Assembly (NCBI GenBank): GCA_963662435.1
Contig: OY759598.1
Location: 682,001 to 712,506 of the forward strand
DNA length: 30,506 nucleotides
From: Dehalococcoidia bacterium
Lineage (GTDB): Bacteria; Chloroflexota; Dehalococcoidia; Lucifugimonadales; VXLM01
Reading direction: 5' to 3'
The notes beneath the pieces were generated by a model. That model made no database searches. It saw only the letters and a list, made by a program, of their open reading frames with translations, and had not been told where the DNA came from. The translations under genes were made by a program, and so were the position numbers. Of the stretch, positions 1 through 7,013 are shown piece by piece; within the stretch, counting starts at the first letter, position 1; each line of letters starts with the position of its first letter.

Positions 1-1436
1 AGGTCGGACTCACCGTTCCAGGTCACTACGCCATCGAGGATGTCTCCGGTCAGAGGGTCGCAGTCCTCCATCGTGCGGCCCGGTATCGCATCGGCCGGCC
101 TTGGGCGGGTCTCCATCGACGCGTCGGCCACCTCGACGCGTATCTCGCCTCGGAAGCGTGTCCAGGCGTTGACGCGGAGTTGGCTGCCCGTGAAGAGTAG
201 CGGGTAGGTGGTGCATGCGCCGACGGTCTCGGCCTCCAGCGAGGTGAAACCGTCTTTGCGCCATGTAGCGCGGCATATGTAGCCGAGGTCGCTGTACACG
301 TCCTGCAGGTGCGACTCCCTCATGCCCAGCAGGTTGTTGTGCGAGGTGGAGTACGGGCTGATGATCAGCGAGTGCTCGTCGGGGCGCAGGCTCACGAGGC
401 CGCAGCCCGCGTAGATCCCCGCATGCCAGTCCAGGCCGGGGTTGCCGCTGGTGCCGGGCTCCATCCTGGGGATGATGGGGCCTGGCTGGTGCCGCTCCCA
501 GTTGACGCCGTCGCGGCTGGTCATCATGTGCAGGTCGGATATGTCCAGCCGGCGTTCGTAGAAGATGGGAAAGGCCAAGTGGGCGTTACCTCCGTCCGGC
601 CAGAGGGCGTAGGCGTTGGTGTAAATGTCGGCGTCGGGGCCGTCCTGCGCCTGCGGCCATACGATCTGCTCGGGCTTCGGCCATTTCTCGAATGAGTCCG
701 TTTCGGCGTAGGCCATCCGACGCCGGCCGTGAATCCTGCCATGCTCGTGCCTATCCCAGCCCCTGAAGTAGCCGACGTAACGGCCCTTAGCGGGGTCGAA
801 CCGGGCGATTATCTGGGTGTCGCTTACGTAGCCATCCAGCAGCGGCTTGGGCAGCTTTGTGAACAGGAGGCCATCGGGGGACACCGCGCCCAGGACCTGG
901 TCTCCGCCGCCCTCCTTGTTCTGGTAGATGAGCTTGTACCGTTCGGAGGCCGGAGCGCTGGGGTCCTTGAAGACGGTGCCGGTATTACCAAAGACAATGT
1001 TGTTGTCCGTAGAGCCGCGGAACTCGACTGCGCCAACGGTGGGCTTGCGCCAGGTCACGCCATCGACGGACTCGGCGTACGCCATGACCTGGGTCTCCCA
1101 GGGCACCACGAAGTCTGACTCCTCGGTGGCACGTCGCCGCGCCTCCGGGTCCCTCTGTTCGACTGCGCCAGTGTACGCGGGGTAGTAGAGTCTGAAGATG
1201 CCCTCGTCCTCGAACACCGTCGTCATGCCGGAGACCCAGTCTTCCCAGGGGTGCTCCGGCGTGATCAAGGGTTCCGGGTCGATGCGTGGGCTGTGTGCGG
1301 ATATACGCACGCCGTAAGGCATCTCCCAACCGCCGTCGCGTCCGCCGCCCCACGCGACGCCGTAGCCGGGCTCGATGATGTCCCAGTCGACGAATACGTG
1401 CTTGCGGCCTCTCAGGTCGTAGGGTGCGTAGGGCAA
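1..1436 (-). CDS. Beta-propeller glycoside-hydrolase-like protein with Asp-box repeats; runs off the left edge
   Basis: Absent from the ORF track because no stop lies in the window. My translation from TTG at 1436 (GGAGG RBS upstream) is open to the edge: LPYAPYDLRGRKHVFVDWD...AYAESVDGVTW...AVSPDGLLF...TSRDGVNW...RKDGFTSLEA. Repeated S-x-D-G-x-x-W Asp-box motifs. Confidence 0.75.
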   Translation of the reverse strand, partial: MPYAPYDLRGRKHVFVDWDIIEPGYGVAWGGGRDGGWEMPYGVRISAHSPRIDPEPLITPEHPWEDWVSGMTTVFEDEGIFRLYYPAYTGAVEQRDPEARRRATEESDFVVPWETQVMAYAESVDGVTWRKPTVGAVEFRGSTDNNIVFGNTGTVFKDPSAPASERYKLIYQNKEGGGDQVLGAVSPDGLLFTKLPKPLLDGYVSDTQIIARFDPAKGRYVGYFRGWDRHEHGRIHGRRRMAYAETDSFEKWPKPEQIVWPQAQDGPDADIYTNAYALWPDGGNAHLAFPIFYERRLDISDLHMMTSRDGVNWERHQPGPIIPRMEPGTSGNPGLDWHAGIYAGCGLVSLRPDEHSLIISPYSTSHNNLLGMRESHLQDVYSDLGYICRATWRKDGFTSLEAETVGACTTYPLLFTGSQLRVNAWTRFRGEIRVEVADASMETRPRPADAIPGRTMEDCDPLTGDILDGVVTWNGESD

Positions 1437-1473
1437 GTTAGACCTCCATAGTCCGAGTTATCGTTCGGTCTCG

Positions 1474-1686
1474 GGTGCGGGACACAGTTCCGTCCACCCA
1501 CTTAGCGAACAGTTGGCCCAACCCTTCCACGTTGCCGTCTTGGGTAATCACCTCAGTCTCGAATCGGCTCATGGTGTTGGTGCTCGCGGCAGGTCTTTCA
1601 GTACCACATCTCCGTCCAGCGGTGATCCGCATCGTCGGGTTCTAGGCCAGCCGTTCAGGGTTGTTGGTATCCTCATAGCTTCCGAG
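1474..1686 (-). pseudogene. IS1380-family transposase remnant, distal fragment
   Basis: Encodes ERPAASTNTMSRFETEV..QDGN.EGL, closely matching the copy at about 28810-29030. In-frame TAG at 1642-1644. Similarity stops near 1474. Confidence 0.85.
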
Positions 1687-1723
1687 GGGAATTATATACG
1701 AAAGTAACCAATTGACCGTGAAA
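1687..1723 (+). repeat. Left inverted repeat of the IS1595 element
   Basis: GGGAATTATATACGAAAGTAACCAATTGACCGTGAAA is the exact reverse complement of 4301-4337. Confidence 0.95.
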
Positions 1724-1728
1724 ACCCC

Positions 1729-1757
1729 TTGACAAATTCGCCCATTTCGGTTACTAT
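1729..1757 (+). promoter_or_regulatory. Sigma70-type transposase promoter
   Basis: TTGACA (1729-1734), 17-bp spacer, TACTAT (1752-1757), just inside the left IR and upstream of the ATG at 1786. Confidence 0.7.
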
Positions 1758-1785
1758 TATGTCATAAAGCAAAGGGGTTATTGAC

Positions 1786-2709
1786 ATGGCAGGCAAGGCA
1801 TTTCGCAAGGGTATCTCATTCGTAGACCTCATGGACATGTTCCCTGACGATGAGACGGCGGAACAGTGGTTCATCGAGCATCGCTGGCCGAACGGCGTAG
1901 CCTGCGCTCACTGTGGGAGCCTTGCAGTCTCTAGGCTCGATAGTCACCCGACAATGCCGTTCCGTTGCCGCGATTGCCGCAAGTATTTCTCGGTCAAAAC
2001 GAACGGCCTGATGCACAGTTCCAAGCTCAGTTACCGCAAGTGGGCGATAGCGATCTACATCGTGACGACGAACCTCAAGGGAACGTCCAGCATGAAGCTT
2101 CACCGCGATCTGGGCATCACGCAAAAGACGGCATGGCACATGGCACACCGCATCAGGGAGACCTACACCGACCATCGCGCGCCCTTCACTGGCCCTGTAG
2201 AGGTCGATGAGACGTACATCGGCGGCAAGGAGTCCAACAAGCACGAGAACCGTAAGACGAAAGCCGGACGCGGACCCGTCGGCAAGACTCCGGTAGTCGG
2301 CATGAAGGACAGGGAGACGGGCAAAGTGACTGCGACTCCGATAGAGCACACGGACAAGGAGACGCTCCAGGGGTTCGTAGAGGACGGTATCGAGGACGGC
2401 GCGAAGGTCTACACCGACGAACACCCCGGCTACGGCGACCTCCCGAATCATGAGACGGTCAAGCACTCGGTCAAAGAGTACGTACATGGACAGGCGCACA
2501 CGAACGGCGTAGAGTCGTTCTGGGCGATGCTGAAACGCGGGTACGTCGGAACCTATCATCATATGAGCGTTGACCACCTTCACCGCTACGTCAACGAGTT
2601 CGCTGGTAGGCACAATGACCGACCCGCCGACACTCACGACCAGATGCGGCATATCGTCGAAGGCATGAACGGCAAGCGACTCCGGTACGACGACCTCATA
2701 GCGGCGTAG
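1786..2709 (+). CDS. IS1595-family (ISXO2-like) DDE transposase with N-terminal zinc ribbon
   Basis: RWPNGVACAHC..FRCRDC zinc ribbon, VEVDETYIGG, VYTDE, HTNGVESFW, YVNEFAGRHN. Confidence 0.95.
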   Translation: MAGKAFRKGISFVDLMDMFPDDETAEQWFIEHRWPNGVACAHCGSLAVSRLDSHPTMPFRCRDCRKYFSVKTNGLMHSSKLSYRKWAIAIYIVTTNLKGTSSMKLHRDLGITQKTAWHMAHRIRETYTDHRAPFTGPVEVDETYIGGKESNKHENRKTKAGRGPVGKTPVVGMKDRETGKVTATPIEHTDKETLQGFVEDGIEDGAKVYTDEHPGYGDLPNHETVKHSVKEYVHGQAHTNGVESFWAMLKRGYVGTYHHMSVDHLHRYVNEFAGRHNDRPADTHDQMRHIVEGMNGKRLRYDDLIAA

Positions 2710-2782
2710 TGCAACCGTTCGAGTTGCAAGACTTGTCCAAGTGGTGTACAAACACCGTCAATTGTCTAGGGGGGGCTGCTAG

Positions 2783-4158
2783 ATGACGACGCCGAACTTC
2801 GCTAATCGGACGCTCTGGACGGGAGACAATCTCGACATCCTTCGGGGCATGAACTCTGAGACGGTAGACCTCATCTATCTAGACCCGCCCTTCAACTCGA
2901 ACCGCAACTATGAGGCTCCCGTGGGGAGCAAGGCCGCGGGTGCCGCCTTCAAGGATACGTGGTCGCTCTCAGACCTCGACGTTGCATGGATGGGGCTGAT
3001 TGCCGACGAACGCCCTGCAATAGCCTATATCCTTGATGCGTCTGGCCGCTCACACGGGAAGGGTATGCAGTCGTATTTGACCATGATGGCCGTTCGCCTC
3101 ATGGAAATGCGGCGTGTGCTGAAAGCGACGGGAAGTATCTATCTTCACTGCGACCCCTACGCTTCCCACTACCTCAAGATGCTTATGGATGCAGTGTTCG
3201 GAGTGGCGAACTATCAGAATGAGGTCGTTTGGAAGCGTAATAGTAGTCACAATGACAGTAAGCGGTTTGGACGGGTGACTGACGTTCTCTTGTTTTACGG
3301 ACACTACATCAATCCCGATGCTGTAAGGGTACCTCTGAACCCTGATTATGTCGCAAAAGCATATCGGCATGAGGATGAAAATGGGCGATTCAGAGCCGAC
3401 AATCTATCTGCAAAGAGCTTGACGGGGGGGGGTACTCTTATGAGTTCCACGGGCATCATGGCCCCTGGCGATACCCGCAACATCGGATGCTAGAGTTGGA
3501 GCGCCAAGGCTTGATATATCTACCCCAAAAGGCAAATGGGGTCCCTAGCTTCAAGCGATATTTGCATGAGAACAAAGGGCAAGTACCTTCGAACCTATGG
3601 ATTGATATTCCTCCCGTTCAGTCCGGCAAAGAGCGCACGGGGTACCCTACGCAGAAGCCGCTTGCGTTGCTGGAGCGGATCATCGCGGCATCCTCGAACG
3701 AGGGCGACGTGGTACTTGATCCGTTCTGTGGATGCGCTACGGCGTGCGTGGCAGCTGAACGGCTAGGGAGACAGTGGGTAGGCATCGACTTATCTCCAAA
3801 GGCCGTCGAACTCGTGCATCACCGCTTGAAGCAGGAAGAGCCCGGCATTGCTTTATGGGCTAATCAAGTGACAGCCCGGACGGACGTTCCCAGACGGACG
3901 GATATCGACGCTCCAAAGAACTACAGGCAGAACGCGCATGTCCTCTACGGGCAGCAAGAAGGCAACTGCGCTGGATGCCGGGAGCACTTCCCCTTCAAGG
4001 TGTTCGACGTAGACCACCTGATACCTCAGTCCAAAGGTGGGACGGACCATATCGACAACCTTCAGCTACTCTGTTCTCACTGCAACCGGATGAAGGGGAA
4101 TAGACCGCAGGAGTACCTGATAGCACGACTCAAGGAGATGGAATATGCCACGACCTAA
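2783..4158 (+). CDS. Beta-class amino (N6A/N4C) DNA methyltransferase fused to a C-terminal HNH endonuclease; frameshifted at a G9 tract
   Basis: ORF 2783-3493 has motif IV (IYLDPPF). ORF 3487-4158 has YPTQKP, motif I (LDPFCGCAT) and an HNH domain (CAGC..DVDHLIPQSKGG..NLQLLCSHCN). One extra G at 3424-3432 joins them as LTGGGYSYEFHGHHGPWRYPQHRMLELERQG, 458 aa in total. Confidence 0.85.
3424..3432 (+). repeat. G9 homopolymer at the frameshift site
   Basis: TTGAC-GGGGGGGGG-TACTC; G10 or G7 restores the frame. Confidence 0.9.
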
Positions 4159-4300
4159 GAAGAAGCGGGGCCGTCCGGTCAAGTTGACCATGCCCGAACC
4201 GATAGACGACACGCCGGAGAACGTCGCTCGCATCATCCTCAATACGCCGCCGAAAAAGCGGGAAGATTGGCGATACCTACGGGAGTCGAAGGGCAACTAA
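4145..4300 (+). CDS. Small 51-aa basic protein with an AT-hook-like motif
   Basis: MPRPKKKRGRPVKLTMPEPIDDTPENVARIILNTPPKKREDWRYLRESKGN. AAGGAG RBS upstream; TAA abuts the right IR. Too short to appear in the ORF track. Confidence 0.6.
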   Translation: MPRPKKKRGRPVKLTMPEPIDDTPENVARIILNTPPKKREDWRYLRESKGN

Positions 4301-4337
4301 TTTCACGGTCAATTGGTTACTTTCGTATATAATTCCC
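4301..4337 (-). repeat. Right inverted repeat of the IS1595 element
   Basis: Exact reverse complement of 1687-1723. Confidence 0.95.
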
Positions 4338-4728
4338 CTTCCGAGACGTCTGTACACCTACCGCCTGAGAAGGCCCACCAATCGGTGCTGCACGTTACGG
4401 CCCCGACTCTCCTGCAGGCTCTCATTCGCCGTCTCCGTCAGTCCCAGCGCATCATCCAACTCGAGGCAGGCCAACACTTCGGCATCTGAGGTAAGAGTGG
4501 CACCGTAGAACTGCAGCCGTACACGTCGGTCGAAACGGAGCTGGGCGCGGGGGTAGGCGCTTTCACCCATTGGGTGCCTCCAGAGTGGGCACGCATTCAA
4601 GATCTTGAGCTGTCGATCACGACCAGTCTAGCACTCATGATAACTGCTTTGATCCGCGACTCGGCTACAGCGGTGGCCAATGTTGTTAATTACAGCACTC
4701 CATGCAGGGTTGATATGGGAAGTGTGGA
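4338..4728 (-). pseudogene. IS1380-family remnant: transposase 5' part and element end
   Basis: [42 protein letters not shown] matches 29253-29040. End motif GATATGGGAAGTGTGG matches GATATGGGAAATGTGG at 29395-29410. TAG at 4358-4360. Confidence 0.85.
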
Positions 4729-5010
4729 ATACAGATGATCCGGGTCTGGCCGTCGCAGCCCCTTACGATATGCGAATGGGTGTGTGCGTACTTTCCCCTA
4801 GGGATACGAATAGATTCGACGGAACCCCAGCACAACGAAACTGCGAACGGCGATGTCGGTCTTCAGATACATCGGCGATTTAGCGTAGGAGCGTGCGGGC
4901 AGCGGACCTTCGAAGCACTTCCGCTGGGGCGATGAGAGTAGCGGGGACTTGAATCCCCGGGAAGCAGTCTATGAAACCACTGCGGCGCTTCGAGTCCCAG
5001 TTGCCGTAGT

Positions 5011-5031
5011 TGGTGGAGATAGGGGGACTCG
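5011..5031 (-). other. 3'-terminal fragment of a tRNA-Ala/tmRNA-type gene; probable att core of an integrated island
   Basis: Minus strand reads CGAGTCCCCCTATCTCCACCA: part of the T-loop, T-stem 3' strand, Ala-type acceptor strand TATCTCC, discriminator A, CCA. No 5' half upstream. Confidence 0.7.
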
Positions 5032-5062
5032 GATTAGCTACGAAATGGGGCTAAATCTCCTG

Positions 5063-5084
5063 TGTTACCACATCTGTTACCACA
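5063..5084 (+). repeat. Tandem 10-bp direct repeat TGTTACCACA; possible integrase arm-type sites
   Basis: Copies at 5063-5072 and 5075-5084, about 30 bp inside the putative att core. Confidence 0.5.
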
Positions 5085-5200
5085 ACTTTGTCGAGAATGC
5101 CTGAGACTGTTCCGTCCCCTATTGTATTGCGTCGTACCACCTTGTCTCACGCCGATATCTTGTGCTCGTTAAGCTTTCCGTCACTTTATTTGGGGCCACT

Positions 5201-5992
5201 CTATCTACGAGGTGGTTGGTTGACGACCGGGTAGTCAGGAGGCCCCCAGTCTATGTCTGGGTTTAACATCATCAATTCAACGAATAGGGGTACGAGGAAG
5301 GCCAGTATCCTGGCCCCGTCCCGAACCTGTTCACGGTTCACTGAACTATACCATGAGGCACCCCCGTGCATGAGTTGGATGCGCAGGACGTACAGCCGGT
5401 CGAAAAGCGTGCTCAGAATGACTCTCGTGTCACGTGTAGCCAGTGCCCGCTGGACTCTGCTCTTGCTAGTCTTGAACGACTGGTCCCAGTTTTCGCTTCC
5501 CCTGCCGGCGAGGTGGTCCCAAAAGGGTTGGAAGACGAATTTGTTCCCAAGCAGCAATCGGATCGTGTCTGAGAATCTCTTCCAGATGGCGTCGTAGACC
5601 ATGTGGTTGGAGTCAAGCGAGAGGATTGTTTCGAAAAAGTCAGCGAATCGGCTGCGCTCCGTCGACTCCATGGAGTGCGGCCTGTCCTTTGCATAAGCGG
5701 CGTTGAAGGCAATCCAATAGAAGATGAACTCCGCGTCGGGGTCATCCGATTCCTTCTCCGCTCTCTCGATCCAACTCAAGGCGCGATGAACCCGGAGGCC
5801 GAGGTGTTGGGGTAGGCTACTCTCGACACGCTCCCATTCTGCCTGTAGCACTTCATGGTTGGCTGCGTGCTCACTATACGGGCTGATGCGGCGTAAACGG
5901 TTGGCCTTAGTCCCCTCGGGCTCGGAACCAGATCGGGACGGTTCATCAATTCGGTCTCTCGGAGACATATCCATTAGGACTTTCGCTCTCAT
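5201..5992 (-). CDS. HEPN-domain protein (predicted RNase effector)
   Basis: LRVHRALSWIERAE..FIFYWIAFNAAY helices and an R-x4-H motif in LYVLRIQLMHGG. The ATG at 5992 overlaps the upstream TGA (ATGA), so I prefer it to the GTG at 6031. Confidence 0.75.
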   Translation of the reverse strand: MRAKVLMDMSPRDRIDEPSRSGSEPEGTKANRLRRISPYSEHAANHEVLQAEWERVESSLPQHLGLRVHRALSWIERAEKESDDPDAEFIFYWIAFNAAYAKDRPHSMESTERSRFADFFETILSLDSNHMVYDAIWKRFSDTIRLLLGNKFVFQPFWDHLAGRGSENWDQSFKTSKSRVQRALATRDTRVILSTLFDRLYVLRIQLMHGGASWYSSVNREQVRDGARILAFLVPLFVELMMLNPDIDWGPPDYPVVNQPPRR

Positions 5993-6891
5993 CCTCGTTG
6001 GGGGAACCGCGTGCGGAACAGCTGTTGCCACTGGCCTATTGAGCGACCCTTATGCGTCTCACGGAGCGCCTCTTCCGCCACGTCGGAAGCGGAGGCGGCT
6101 TCCGCTTTGAAGACCTCTTGGTACTCGTAGTTCCAGGGTCTGAGCAGGTCCTCGTTAGGCAAAGACGGATTCATCGCAGTTGGCCGTGAAAACATGAACC
6201 GGTTGACGAACTGACGGAGCACGCCGGATACAACACTGGCATCGGAGTTGGCATAGTAGGGCCACGAGTTCGCCACCAAGACCTCAAACCCAGCGGAGGG
6301 CGGTCGAGCGGTTGCGCTGAAGGCCTGATTGCGCCAGTGCTTTAGCATCCTAACTACCCGTGTGAACCTGCCGTTCGTCCTGTCGTTCTGCTGGTGATAC
6401 CACCTCGCAAGACCCTTGGGATTGGTAGTTTCCCAGCCGTCAGTACCACGACTCGGCACAAGAAGGTCGACACTACCCACTCTGCTATCTTCGACCAAGG
6501 GAACCACGTCCAAGTGAAAGTCGCCAGGGAATTCGATCCTTATGCATCTTGGCCGGGTGGTCACCCTCCCACGATACGATTCCACCTTCTTGAGCCGCCT
6601 GGCCAACCAACGGACCAATCGTCTGGGCTCCTCGGTTCCATTTGGTACGGCCATCAGGTCGAGCAAACAGCATACATCCACATCATACTCTCGGCTCCTG
6701 CCGAGCGGGCGAATAGACGTTCCATGAACGTACGAGCCCTGGAGAAACGTCTCGATCATGGCTGTACCCACAGTTTGATCACTTTTCAGCGCTCTGCTGA
6801 GGGCCATGTGTGCGGACCTGATTCGGCCCAGCTTGGGCTCATCGACACTGATGTTTTTGAGGAAGCGCTCGAAGCGCGATGGGAGTTCCAT
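5989..6891 (-). CDS. cGAS/DncV-like nucleotidyltransferase (CD-NTase/SMODS)
   Basis: FLQGSYVHGTSIRP, YDVDV (DxD), HLDVVP (third Asp), TNPKG, VRMLKHWRN, NPSLPNEDL, WQQLFRTRFP. GAGGA RBS. Confidence 0.85.
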   Translation of the reverse strand: MELPSRFERFLKNISVDEPKLGRIRSAHMALSRALKSDQTVGTAMIETFLQGSYVHGTSIRPLGRSREYDVDVCCLLDLMAVPNGTEEPRRLVRWLARRLKKVESYRGRVTTRPRCIRIEFPGDFHLDVVPLVEDSRVGSVDLLVPSRGTDGWETTNPKGLARWYHQQNDRTNGRFTRVVRMLKHWRNQAFSATARPPSAGFEVLVANSWPYYANSDASVVSGVLRQFVNRFMFSRPTAMNPSLPNEDLLRPWNYEYQEVFKAEAASASDVAEEALRETHKGRSIGQWQQLFRTRFPQRG

Positions 6892-7013
6892 TATGCTGTC
6901 CTCGGAATTAGCAATGAGGCTTCAGAAGGGGCAAGAGTATCTGTTCCCACTCAACACAGAGTGCTCAGTTAGCACTTAGGTGGTGTGCCTCGTTGACTCC
7001 GGTTGCCAAGTGT

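Larger units (their letters stand above)
1687..4337 (+). mobile_element. IS1595-family element with passenger genes (transporter IS), 2651 bp
   Basis: Perfect 37-bp terminal IRs (1687-1723 and 4301-4337). 8-bp TSD CTTCCGAG at 1679-1686 and 4338-4345. Removing the element rejoins the IS1380 sequence. Confidence 0.95.

Noticed and set aside
10..1451. Several short ORFs listed in the track
   Set aside because: Alternative frames of the single long minus-strand gene starting at 1436.
1816..2751. 311-aa minus-strand ORF
   Set aside because: Antisense shadow of the IS1595 transposase.
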